From NCBI GenBank assembly GCA_964453755.1, contig CAYVPL010000002.1, positions 1 through 38,879 of the forward strand: a stretch of DNA of 38,879 nucleotides, given 5' to 3'. The notes under the pieces are model-generated. The model was not told where the DNA came from. It was given only the letters and a program-made list of their open reading frames with translations, and ran no database searches. The position numbers and the translations under genes were made by a program. This document shows, piece by piece, positions 16,891-24,972 of this stretch. How positions within the stretch are numbered: position 1 is the first letter of the stretch; every line of letters begins with the position of its first letter. The DNA is from an uncultured Planctomycetales bacterium. Its GTDB lineage: Bacteria > Planctomycetota > UBA1135.

Positions 16891-18315
16891 TCAGCGCGAC
16901 GGAATTTTCAGCAGCGTCGTGAAGGCCTGATCGTGCAGCAGAGGCGCGCCGGCGAGGTCGCGCACGCCGGCGGCGCGCAGCGCGTGCACGTAGCCCTCGC
17001 GCAGGCCTTCGATCGTGAGTTCCACGCTGCGGCCGTCGGGGGCGGGCTGCGCCTGCAGGACCTTCGGCTGCTGGCGCGCGAAGGGCTCGCTGCCGTACTC
17101 GCTGTGCAGTTCGTAGGTCCAGGACTCGAGGCTCCACGAGGAGGCTTGCGCCAGAGTCGTGAGATCGGCCGGGCGCGTGAATTCGACGCGGAAGCCCTGC
17201 GGGCGCGCGCGCACCGCCAGAATTTCGAAGGGCATCTCGCCGGTCCAGTGCAGCCGCTGCAGGCCGTAAGACTTCGTGCCCAGCGCCGGCCAGCCGCGGT
17301 CGGACATGCCGACGACCAGGCCTTGCTCGCCGTCGAAATCCACGCGGATCACGCCGCTGACGAGGCCGCGGCGGAAAGGAAAGCAGGTGCCCTGCTTGAC
17401 GCCTTCCACTTCCTCGAGGAAAACGCGGATCACCGAGGCTTGATATTGGTCGCCGACGAAGAGCTGGCCGGCGAAAGGGCCGAAGCCGCCGCCGGTCTGG
17501 TCCCAGGCGAAGCCGCTCGGCGAGCGTCCCATCACGTCGTAGGGAAACCACACGGCCGGCAGCGTGAATCCCGGAAGCTTGCCGACCGCGTCGGGCATCA
17601 GGATGCCGTCGATCATCGGGCCGGGATACTTCACGCGCGAGCCGGGCAGCTTGCAGGACTCGATGCCCCAGGGATGCCCGTGGAAACTGCCTTCGGTGAG
17701 CACCGAGAGCTTGGAGGCGCCGCACCACTCGCCTTGATTGTCAGAATAGTAGACGGTGCCGTCGGGCGCGACGCCGACGCCGGCCGGCGAGCGCAGGCCC
17801 GCGGCCACCGGCTGCATCTCGCCCGCGGGCGTGATGCGCATGGCCCAGCCGCGATAGTTCACCGAGCCGAAGGGTTCGCCGCCGAAGGGCCGGTTGAGCG
17901 TGACCCACAGATTGCCGTCGCGGTCCGGCGCGGGACCGAAGGCGTATTCGTGATAGTCGCCGCTGGTTTGCCAATCGTCACAGACGGTCTCGAATTCGTC
18001 GGCGCGGCCGTCCTGGTCCGAGTCGCGCAGGCGCGAGAGCTCGCCGCGCTGCACGCAGTAGATCCAGCCGTCGCGCTCGAGCAGGCCGAGCGGCTCCTGG
18101 AGGCCGTCGCACCAGAGGCTGAACTTGGGCGCGGCGGTCCAGGCGTCGGTGATGCGCCAGACGTCGCCGCGGCGGGTGCAGGCCAGGAGTTCGCCGGGGC
18201 CGAGGCAGAGAATGCCGCCGACTTCCAGCACGACGTCCGCGGGCACCGGGCATTCGACGGCCGCGTAGTAGCGCGCCTCGGCCTGCGCGAGCTGAAGCAG
18301 GAGGCTGATCACCAT
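16891..18315 (-). CDS. beta-propeller protein, glucose/sorbosone-dehydrogenase-like, with an extra C-terminal domain
   Basis: The start ATG at 18315 forms ATGGTGA with the stop of the upstream cytochrome gene. Repeated blade-like segments include RDGWIYCVQRGELSRLRD, DGNLWVTLNRP, APDGTVYYSDNQGEW and GQLFVGDQY. There is no obvious signal peptide. The upstream 228 aa of the 702-aa track ORF is Arg-rich junk. Confidence 0.55.
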   Translation of the reverse strand: MVISLLLQLAQAEARYYAAVECPVPADVVLEVGGILCLGPGELLACTRRGDVWRITDAWTAAPKFSLWCDGLQEPLGLLERDGWIYCVQRGELSRLRDSDQDGRADEFETVCDDWQTSGDYHEYAFGPAPDRDGNLWVTLNRPFGGEPFGSVNYRGWAMRITPAGEMQPVAAGLRSPAGVGVAPDGTVYYSDNQGEWCGASKLSVLTEGSFHGHPWGIESCKLPGSRVKYPGPMIDGILMPDAVGKLPGFTLPAVWFPYDVMGRSPSGFAWDQTGGGFGPFAGQLFVGDQYQASVIRVFLEEVEGVKQGTCFPFRRGLVSGVIRVDFDGEQGLVVGMSDRGWPALGTKSYGLQRLHWTGEMPFEILAVRARPQGFRVEFTRPADLTTLAQASSWSLESWTYELHSEYGSEPFARQQPKVLQAQPAPDGRSVELTIEGLREGYVHALRAAGVRDLAGAPLLHDQAFTTLLKIPSR

Positions 18316-21026
18316 TGCAGGTTCACTTCGATTTCGAGGGGGGTGCCGTCGCCGCGCGGCAGGGGCAGCAGGATTTCCTCGCCGGCCGGCGTGCTGCGCG
18401 TGATCGGCTGCCAGGGCGGGCTGAACGTCAGACGGAAGGCGCCGCCGAGATCGGCGCGCAGGTGCCAGCCTTCCTCGCCTGCGGGCACGGTGACGCGGAA
18501 GCGGCGGATCAGGCCCGGGCCGCCCTCGGCGTATTGCGGTTCGATGCTTTCTTCGACCGCGAAGCCGCCTTGGCGGTAGCGGTACGTCGGGCGCCCCGCC
18601 GCGTCGCGCCGATGCCCGACTACGCGCCACCCGGCCTCGCGGCCGGCGAGTTCCGGCCAGGCCGTGTCGGGCGCGCTCAGGCGCGCGAAACTCGGGCCCG
18701 GCGGCAGCGGACGCACCGCTTCGCCGGCCGGCACTTCCAGCGCGCCGGCGCGGCCGTTCCACGTGCCTTCGGCGTTGAAGAAATCGCCGCGCCAGACCTG
18801 CATGAGGCGCGCGTGCTCGAAGTCGAAGGAGGCGGCGACGCGCTCGGGGAAGCCGACGTTGACGACGCGCGCGCTGCCGTCCTGCATGAAGGCGCCGACG
18901 TAGATCGGGCGGTCCACGGGCACCAGGTCGTAGGCGCTGCGCTCGACCACGAGTCCGGGCGGCAGCGGCATGCCTTCGCCCAGCGCCAGCCAGCTCCACA
19001 GCGCGCCGATCTGGCGTTCGGCGACGCCGCCGAGAATGTCAGACGAGACGGCGCGGCCGCCCGCGTAGAACACGGGCATCCGCGTGCTGGGCCGCATTGC
19101 GATGGGATTCAGCAACCACTTGCGGAACCACGCCGGCTGCAGGCGGCGGTGCATGCTCTGCAGATCCATGGTCTGCATGCCTTGCGCGGCGTGACCCGCC
19201 ACCTGGTGGCATTGGATGCAGTTGAGGCCGCCGGCGCCGGCCAGCGCGCGTCCGGCTTCGACGGCTTCGGCGCTGAACGGCGCGGCCTCCGTGGCGCCGG
19301 CGGGCGGATCGGCGGCGGCGAAGGCGGCCGGCAGATGTTGGACTTGCGCGGGCGCAAAGCGCGGCATGCGCGCGTGCACGTAGAAGCGCACGGCGCCGCG
19401 GCCGGCGAGCACTTCCGCCATCCACTCGGGGCGCAGCTTGGCGCCGGCTCCGGAAAGGTCCGGCGGAATGCGGCCTTCGTCGCCGACGTCGCCGTCGCCG
19501 GTGAAGCGCGCGCGCGCGGCTGCGTCGGGGCCGCCGAGGCCGGAGCGCGCATGGCACGCGACGCAGCCGAGGCGCGGCAGCGTGCGCGCCACCGACTGGG
19601 CGGGAGTCAGGGGTTGCTCGAGCGCGGCTGCTTGAGCGACGACGGCGCGCAGCGCGGACAACTCGGCGGCGGCGAACCGGTAGCGCGCGGCGCCCGCGGG
19701 CGGCGATTCGGCCAGGCAGCCCGCGTCAGGTTGCAAGGCGGCGAGGGCGGCGGCGGGACGCGGCGCCACCCCGAGATCGTCATGACAACTGGCGCAGCCG
19801 AGAGTTTGGAAGCGCTCGCGGCCGCGCGCCACGCGTTCCGGCTGCGGGTCAAGGTCTTCGAATCCTGCGGGAGCGTAGACGGAACCGATCACGGACAGAT
19901 TGTGGGCGCCCAGAGTCTCGCGGCGGCCGTCGCGCTCCATCCAGGCTTCCAGCGTCTCGCCGCCGGCGGCCTCGAACATGCGCACCTGCAGGGCATGGCG
20001 CCCGGCCGGCAGCGTGATGGATCCCGTTTTCTCCTGCGGCGCATGATGGCCGTCGTTGGCGACCACGACTTCGCCGTTGATGGTCAGATCGGTGCCGTCG
20101 TCGCTGTTGAGGCCGAAGCGCAGCGCGGCCGGAGCATCCAAAGTCAACCAACCGCTGAAGCGGTAGCCGAACTGATCCTCGCGGTGATCCGGCAGCAGCC
20201 CGATCTCGGGCGCCAAGCCGGAACTGCGCGGCGTCAGGTCTTCCAGATCGGCCAACTCCTGGAACCCCGGCCCCCCGTCGGGCATTTCGAAATACTCGAA
20301 GCGCACGCCCGGCGCCAAGTCTTCGCGCAGCGGGCCCGCGGCGAATTGCTCTCGCAGCAGCCAGGCGGCCAGATCGGCGGCCTCCTGCGCGCTCAAGGCA
20401 AAATCCGGCATGGCGCCGCCCGGCCGTTGGGCGTGCGGATCGCGCAGGAATGCCGCCAACTGCGCGTGATCGGTCTTGCCGGCCAGATCGCGCGCTGCGA
20501 GCTGCCCATCCGTATGACAAGCGAAGCATCCCAGGCGCTGGAAGAGCCGCTCACCCTCCTCGACGCGCCACGCATCCGGCCGGGTCGCCTGCGGCGCGAA
20601 GGGTCCGCCTTGCGCCGCCAGGAAGTGCGTGAGGTCGGCGATGGCCTCGGCGCGCTCCGGCTCCGGCAGGCCGTGCAGCAGATCGGGCATGCGGCTGGCG
20701 GAGTGCTCCGGATGCGGATCGGCCAGCCAGCGGCGGATCCAATCAGGATTCAGGCGCGCGCCTGCCGAGGCCAGCAAGGGCGCTGTCAAAGGCTGCACGC
20801 GCTCGCGCACGGGCGCCGCCGCTGCGTGACAGGACAAACATTGCAGGCGCGCGAGCAGCACCTCGCCCGTGCTCAGGTCCGCGGCAGCCGCGGGCGCGGA
20901 GGCTTCCGGTGCGTCGGCAGGCGGAGCGGCGCTGCGTGCCGGGTCTTCGCCCCCGCCGCAGGCCAGCACCAGGGTCATGCCGCCCGCCGCGGCGGCGGCG
21001 ATCAGCAGAGTGCGGCGCGATTGCAT
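18309..21026 (-). CDS. lipoprotein multihaem cytochrome c (5 CxxCH) with an internal PA14 domain
   Basis: The real start is MQSRRTLLIAAAAAGGMTLVLAC (lipobox) at 21026 (cat at 21024-21026). The haem motifs are CLSCH, CFACH, CASCH, CVACH and CIQCH. The PA14-like block is FGYRFSGWLTLDAPAALRFGLNSDDGTDLTINGEVVV ... LPAGRHALQVRMFEAAGGETLEAW. The first 544 codons of the 1449-aa track ORF overlap the divergent gene and read as low-complexity junk. Confidence 0.75.
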   Translation of the reverse strand: MQSRRTLLIAAAAAGGMTLVLACGGGEDPARSAAPPADAPEASAPAAAADLSTGEVLLARLQCLSCHAAAAPVRERVQPLTAPLLASAGARLNPDWIRRWLADPHPEHSASRMPDLLHGLPEPERAEAIADLTHFLAAQGGPFAPQATRPDAWRVEEGERLFQRLGCFACHTDGQLAARDLAGKTDHAQLAAFLRDPHAQRPGGAMPDFALSAQEAADLAAWLLREQFAAGPLREDLAPGVRFEYFEMPDGGPGFQELADLEDLTPRSSGLAPEIGLLPDHREDQFGYRFSGWLTLDAPAALRFGLNSDDGTDLTINGEVVVANDGHHAPQEKTGSITLPAGRHALQVRMFEAAGGETLEAWMERDGRRETLGAHNLSVIGSVYAPAGFEDLDPQPERVARGRERFQTLGCASCHDDLGVAPRPAAALAALQPDAGCLAESPPAGAARYRFAAAELSALRAVVAQAAALEQPLTPAQSVARTLPRLGCVACHARSGLGGPDAAARARFTGDGDVGDEGRIPPDLSGAGAKLRPEWMAEVLAGRGAVRFYVHARMPRFAPAQVQHLPAAFAAADPPAGATEAAPFSAEAVEAGRALAGAGGLNCIQCHQVAGHAAQGMQTMDLQSMHRRLQPAWFRKWLLNPIAMRPSTRMPVFYAGGRAVSSDILGGVAERQIGALWSWLALGEGMPLPPGLVVERSAYDLVPVDRPIYVGAFMQDGSARVVNVGFPERVAASFDFEHARLMQVWRGDFFNAEGTWNGRAGALEVPAGEAVRPLPPGPSFARLSAPDTAWPELAGREAGWRVVGHRRDAAGRPTYRYRQGGFAVEESIEPQYAEGGPGLIRRFRVTVPAGEEGWHLRADLGGAFRLTFSPPWQPITRSTPAGEEILLPLPRGDGTPLEIEVNLQW

Positions 21027-21068
21027 GCCGCAGCAGCGTAGCGGCGGCGTGGGGCCTAGACTGCGCGC

Positions 21069-22874
21069 ATGCGCCCTGGGTACTGGCTTCTCGCCGCCGC
21101 GGCCGCTGCCGCCAGCGCCGTGATCGCCTGCGGCGGGGATGCGGCCGATGCCGGCGCGGGCCGCACGGCTTTGCCCTTGGACGCGCTGCCGGAGGCCGCC
21201 CGCTGCGAGCCATGCCACGCCACGGTCGTCCGCAAGTGGCTGCAGCACGGCATGGCAGACGCGATGGGGCCGCTGCCGGAGGAGCGGCTGCGCGCCGCAG
21301 CCGACGGCGCCTGGCACGATCACGCCGCCAGCGGCGCGCGCTATCGCGTCGAACCCGATGAGTCGGGCGGCTGGCTGATCGCCGAGGAGCGCATCCTGCC
21401 GCTGCCCGGGCTCCCCCCCCCGCGGCGCGAAATGGAGTTGGCGGCGCGCATCGGCGCCGGCGTGCAGGATCAGGGTTTCGTCGCGGTCGAGCAGGGGCGC
21501 TGGTTCTTTGCGCCGCTCGAGCTGGCGCACGGCAAGGAATGGATTCCCGCGCCCTTCCAGTTGGCGGGCGGCGGCTCCGGCATGGGATTCCGCGTCACGC
21601 CGGACTGCCTGTCCTGCCACACCGACGCCGCACTGCCGCATCCCTTCCCTTACCACGCGCTGGGCGAACAGCCGGTGCGCGGCATTTCCTGCGCCGCCTG
21701 TCACGGCGACGGTTCCGCGCACGCGGCGGACGGCGCTTCGCCCATCCTGAACCCTTCCGATCTGCCGCCGGCCCGGCAATTGGATGTGTGCGCGCGCTGC
21801 CACCTGGAAGGCGACGCGCACGTCGAGTTGCTGCCCGAGAGCGCGCCCCGCTTCGCTCCGGGCGCGGATCTGCTGGCGCGGCGCGCGGTGCTGGTGGCGC
21901 AGGAGCCGGGCGCGGCGGCGCCTTTCGTCAGCCAGGTGCATCGCCTGAGCCTGAGCGCTTGCTTCCAGAAGTCGCCGGCGATGACCTGCACCAGCTGCCA
22001 CGATCCGCACCTGCCGCCGCGGCTGCAGGAGCGCGCGGCGCTGGTGGCGGCCTGCGGCGATTGTCATGCCGGGCTGGAGCATCCGCCGGGCGGCGCGGCG
22101 GCCGGGCAGGACTGCGTGAGTTGTCACATGCCGCAGATCGAGCCCTTCGACCTGCCCGGGGCGCGCATCGCCGATCACTGGATCCGGCGGCGGCCGGAGC
22201 CTCCCCCCCCCGGCAGCGGCTTCCGCGAGCACGAAGCGCCGGACGGTCATTGGGAAACGTTTCGCTATCGCGCGAGCGATCCGCCGCGCTGGTCGGCGGG
22301 CGAAGAGGCCTTGCTGAAGGCGATGGCCTTCGCCGACCAAGGCCGCCACGCCGAGGCCGCGCCCGCCTTCGATTCCTGGTCCGCCGACCCCGCCGCGGCG
22401 CCGGAGGCGCTGGCGCGGCTGCCGATGCTGCACTTCATGCGCGGACTGACGATGGCGGCGCTGCAGCGTCCTGCTGAAGCGGAGTCGGCCTACCGCAAGG
22501 CGCTGTCCTTGGCGCCGGATTTCGCCGAGGCGCGCCTGAACCTCGGCTGGTTGTTGATCGAGCGCGGCGCGCATGACGAGGCGCTGACCGAGGCGCAGAC
22601 GCTGGCCCGCGCGCATCCCGCCGCCGACGCGCCCGCCTTGCTCGCCGCCGCGGCCCACGACGCCGCCGGCCGTCCCAACGAGTCCATGCAGGAGTTGCAG
22701 CGCTCACTGCAAGCCTACGGCGCGCAGCCGGCGGTGCTGCAGCGCCTCGGCCGCGCCGCCGCCGCTGGCGGCGACATCGCGCTCGCGCGCCGCGCGCTGC
22801 TGGCTGCCTGGTCCCTCGATCCGCGCCTGCCCGGGCTCGCTGAGGAAGTGCGGGCGATCCTCGCGCAGCGCTGA
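21069..22874 (+). CDS. lipoprotein multihaem cytochrome c (7 CxxCH) with C-terminal TPR repeats
   Basis: The signal and lipobox are MRPGYWLLAAAAAAASAVIAC. The haem motifs are CEPCH, CLSCH, CAACH, CARCH, CTSCH, CGDCH and CVSCH. The C-terminal ~190 aa carries TPR-like repeats (AESAYRKALSLAPDFAEARLNLGWLLIERG ...). Confidence 0.8.
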   Translation: MRPGYWLLAAAAAAASAVIACGGDAADAGAGRTALPLDALPEAARCEPCHATVVRKWLQHGMADAMGPLPEERLRAAADGAWHDHAASGARYRVEPDESGGWLIAEERILPLPGLPPPRREMELAARIGAGVQDQGFVAVEQGRWFFAPLELAHGKEWIPAPFQLAGGGSGMGFRVTPDCLSCHTDAALPHPFPYHALGEQPVRGISCAACHGDGSAHAADGASPILNPSDLPPARQLDVCARCHLEGDAHVELLPESAPRFAPGADLLARRAVLVAQEPGAAAPFVSQVHRLSLSACFQKSPAMTCTSCHDPHLPPRLQERAALVAACGDCHAGLEHPPGGAAAGQDCVSCHMPQIEPFDLPGARIADHWIRRRPEPPPPGSGFREHEAPDGHWETFRYRASDPPRWSAGEEALLKAMAFADQGRHAEAAPAFDSWSADPAAAPEALARLPMLHFMRGLTMAALQRPAEAESAYRKALSLAPDFAEARLNLGWLLIERGAHDEALTEAQTLARAHPAADAPALLAAAAHDAAGRPNESMQELQRSLQAYGAQPAVLQRLGRAAAAGGDIALARRALLAAWSLDPRLPGLAEEVRAILAQR

Positions 22875-22882
22875 ATCAAATT

Positions 22883-23917
22883 TCAGTCGGGCAGCTTCAG
22901 GATCTGGCGCACCTGCCGGCGGACGGGCTCCCACAATTCCTCAGACACGCCGTCCGGCGGTCGCTGGGAGTACATGCTCTGAAGTTGTCGAGCCGCCTGC
23001 TGGCTGAAGCGGGCATCCTTCAGCACGTCGAGGATCACTGCGCAGGAGGCTTCGGCATACGCGTTCGAGTATCCGTTCGAAATCCCGAGCATCGCAACCA
23101 GCGAGCCTCCAAACTGCGGATCGTTTGGCAGCGTGGAAGCGCGCGCGACGGAATGGAGGAACTCGAAAACCGCATCGGGATTCGTTCGCAAATTCCAGGT
23201 GGTTGCGTTCAGTGCGCGCACCATCTGGTCGGTGCTGCCGCCCCACTCGCCGCGGGCGCCTTCCTGGAGGATTCGCGCCACCTCGGGACTCTGCTCCGCG
23301 AGTTCACCCGCGGCGAGAACCGGCCCGACGGTGGCGGCAGCGCCGAACAAATCGTCTGGATGAACTTCCGCGGCAGCTTGTTGGGTCCAGTCGGGACGGG
23401 ACTTCATCAGTTCGCCCACGCATGCTTCGACCACGAATTGCATCTTCGTGACGCCTTCGTCCTCGCACCAGGCGGCGTCCACGAAAGCCATTGCCGCGCC
23501 GGGTGGCTGCAGCAGCAAGGCCTCACGGAACAGGAGTCGGAAGCGCGCGTCCCTCCCCCCGTAGCGCCGGTAGAGAGCGACGAGCTCCTCCGGAGTCAGC
23601 CGCAGCTCACCCGCCCCGGCGATGCAGGCCAGGAACTCCGCCTCGGGAAGTTCGAGGCAGGCCCGCCATCCGGTCAGCGGTTCGACGGTCTCGCTCTCGA
23701 GCGCCGGCGCGATCGGCTGCGTCAGTCCCTCGCGTTCAAGGACCGGCTCCGCGTCCGCAGTCATTACGCCCGGCAGTGAATGCGCGGATTCCTCCTCGTT
23801 CACCTCTGACCGGCCCAGTGCGGAGTGAACCAACCACCCCAGCAGGCCGGCTCCGGCCACGCCGAGCACCCACTTCGGCCAGGCGGTTCTGCCGCTCACG
23901 TCGAGACGCCCATCCAC
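22883..23917 (-). CDS. hypothetical membrane-anchored all-alpha protein (orphan, reduced GC)
   Basis: The ORF is open to 24058, but that extension runs through the tRNA fragment. The preferred start is GTG at 23917, preceded by AGGA plus 5 nt. There is one Gly/Ala-rich TM (WPKWVLGVAGAGLLGWLVHSALG), then ~300 aa with no motif I recognise. The line 23041-23100 is 58% GC, against ~87% for 22741-22800. Confidence 0.5.
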   Translation of the reverse strand: MDGRLDVSGRTAWPKWVLGVAGAGLLGWLVHSALGRSEVNEEESAHSLPGVMTADAEPVLEREGLTQPIAPALESETVEPLTGWRACLELPEAEFLACIAGAGELRLTPEELVALYRRYGGRDARFRLLFREALLLQPPGAAMAFVDAAWCEDEGVTKMQFVVEACVGELMKSRPDWTQQAAAEVHPDDLFGAAATVGPVLAAGELAEQSPEVARILQEGARGEWGGSTDQMVRALNATTWNLRTNPDAVFEFLHSVARASTLPNDPQFGGSLVAMLGISNGYSNAYAEASCAVILDVLKDARFSQQAARQLQSMYSQRPPDGVSEELWEPVRRQVRQILKLPD

Positions 23918-23944
23918 TGAGATCCTAGCCGGCCCGGCGCGAAC

Positions 23945-23989
23945 TGGCGTCCCCGACACGAGTCGAACGTGTGACCTGCGATTTAGGAA
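23945..23989 (-). other. orphan 3' half of a tRNA-Arg(CCT): putative prophage att core duplication
   Basis: The minus strand reads, in order: anticodon loop TTCCTAA (anticodon CCT); 3' anticodon stem ATCGC; variable loop AGGTC; T stem ACACG; T loop TTCGACT; T stem CGTGT; 3' acceptor strand CGGGGAC; discriminator G; CCA. No complementary 5' acceptor strand (GTCCCCG), D arm or 5' anticodon stem (GCGAT) lies upstream. Confidence 0.65.
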
Positions 23990-24138
23990 CGGCCCCCGGC
24001 AAATTGTCATAACCGCCGTCCAGGAGGGTAGATACGAGCGCATCCTCCAGCCCGTCAAGAACTTACGCGCGGAGAATGGTCAAGGAGGTGTTCAGGCAAT
24101 CACCATGCGATTTCGGGAGCGAACCGTCAAGATTCAGG

Positions 24139-24181
24139 CAAAAAAAGAAGCGGCCCTGCGTGGTTGATTCCGCAGGGCCGC
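24139..24181 (-). terminator. Rho-independent terminator downstream of the minus-strand lysis-like cassette
   Basis: A perfect 11-bp stem, GCGGCCCTGCG (24150-24160) / CGCAGGGCCGC (24171-24181), encloses a 10-nt loop. On the minus strand it is followed by TTCTTTTTTTG (the plus-strand A-run at 24140-24149). It lies 33 nt after the stop of CDS 24214..24693. Confidence 0.7.
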
Positions 24182-24213
24182 CTCGTCGCAATGCAGTCAT
24201 CCTCTCTAGCGGT

Positions 24214-24693
24214 TCACTCCCCCGGCGGACCAGTCGCAGGCTGCCCCCCTTTCTGCTGCAGCTGCTTCTTCGCGGCGCGCGCGTTCCCCAACGCGGCCGC
24301 CCCCCAGAGGATCAGGGCGCCTGCCAGCGGGATCAACGGCCGCGCGCCAGGCACCAGCGCACCTGCAGCATCGCCGGCGGCCCCGAATTCGGCCGCGCTG
24401 CGCGCCTTCGCTGCCTCGAGCGCGAGCTCTGCCTCCTGCTCGGCGGCCTCGGCTTCGGTTGCCGCGGCCGCGGCCGCGGCGGAGGCCTGCTCCAGGAGCT
24501 CGAGCTCGGCCGCATCCCGCGTCCCGTCAACGCGAGCGGCCTCGAGCTCAGCACGCGCCTGGTCGGCCTCGATGCGCGCGACATCGGCTTCGATCTCGGC
24601 GCGCGCCTGGGCCTCCGCCAGGTCGGCGACGTGCCGCAGGCCTTCCGTGCTGCAGGAGCCGAAGACGAGTGCGAGGATGGCCAGCAGGCGCAT
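24214..24693 (-). CDS. lipoprotein with a coiled-coil periplasmic region and a C-terminal TM anchor (unimolecular-spanin-like architecture)
   Basis: 159 aa. It begins MRLLAILALVFGSC (lipobox, Ser at +2). About 105 residues of Ala/Glu/Arg-rich heptad-like sequence follow (AEAQARAEIEADVARIEADQARAELEAAR ...). Then come the TM LIPLAGALILWGAAALG and a basic tail. Its start overlaps the stop of the upstream gene (TGATG). Confidence 0.5.
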   Translation of the reverse strand: MRLLAILALVFGSCSTEGLRHVADLAEAQARAEIEADVARIEADQARAELEAARVDGTRDAAELELLEQASAAAAAAATEAEAAEQEAELALEAAKARSAAEFGAAGDAAGALVPGARPLIPLAGALILWGAAALGNARAAKKQLQQKGGQPATGPPGE

Positions 24694-24941
24694 CAGGCTT
24701 TGGGCGCCTTCGCGGGCGCTTCGCCGCTGTGGCTGCCGCTGGTGCGCCCGCGAGTCGCCACGTCCGTGACGGTCTGGCCGGCGATGTAGGTGGCGATGAT
24801 GCCGGCGAAGTAAGTCCGCAGCTGCTCCTGCGTGTCGGCCGGAATCCCGAACCACGGGATGCTGACGGCGAACATCAGGATCATGCCAGCGATGCCGAAC
24901 TTCGCCCGCTTGCTGGAGAGCATCAGGGTGGCCGGGTTCAT
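24693..24941 (-). CDS. two-TM small membrane protein, holin-like
   Basis: 82 aa from ATG at 24941; the track start at 24953 is a TTG. The TM segments are FGIAGMILMFAVSIPWFGI and LRTYFAGIIATYIAGQTV, followed by a charged hydrophilic C-tail. It sits directly upstream of, and is coupled to, the spanin-like gene. Confidence 0.45.
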   Translation of the reverse strand: MNPATLMLSSKRAKFGIAGMILMFAVSIPWFGIPADTQEQLRTYFAGIIATYIAGQTVTDVATRGRTSGSHSGEAPAKAPKA

Positions 24942-24972
24942 CCCCCGACACAACCACGCGGCGCCGGCGAAG

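Noticed and set aside
18315-21041. A 908-aa plus-strand ORF antisense to the 5-haem PA14 cytochrome gene. The same reasoning applies to 2098..3942 (+), 11868..13829 (+), 6522..8630 (+), 26568..27833 (-) and 36344..37507 (-).
   Set aside because: All are Arg/Ala/Gly-rich shadow frames opposite genes with strong family motifs. I recognise no domain signature in any of them.
21027-22658. The N-terminal 544 codons of the 1449-aa track ORF 18309..22658.
   Set aside because: This part lies antisense to the 7-haem cytochrome gene and reads as junk. A clean lipoprotein signal begins at the internal Met at 21026.
23918-24058. An upstream extension of ORF 22883..24058 (starting MTGWRMRSY ...).
   Set aside because: It would be translated through the tRNA-derived segment. 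An internal GTG at 23917 with an AGGA upstream lies just before the TM anchor.
24076-24789. Plus-strand ORFs of 237 and 201 aa (24076..24789 and 24164..24769) across the terminator and the spanin-like gene.
   Set aside because: They are Arg/Ala/Ser/Pro-rich, and they run through a strong minus-strand terminator hairpin antisense to a gene with coherent lipobox, coiled-coil and TM architecture.
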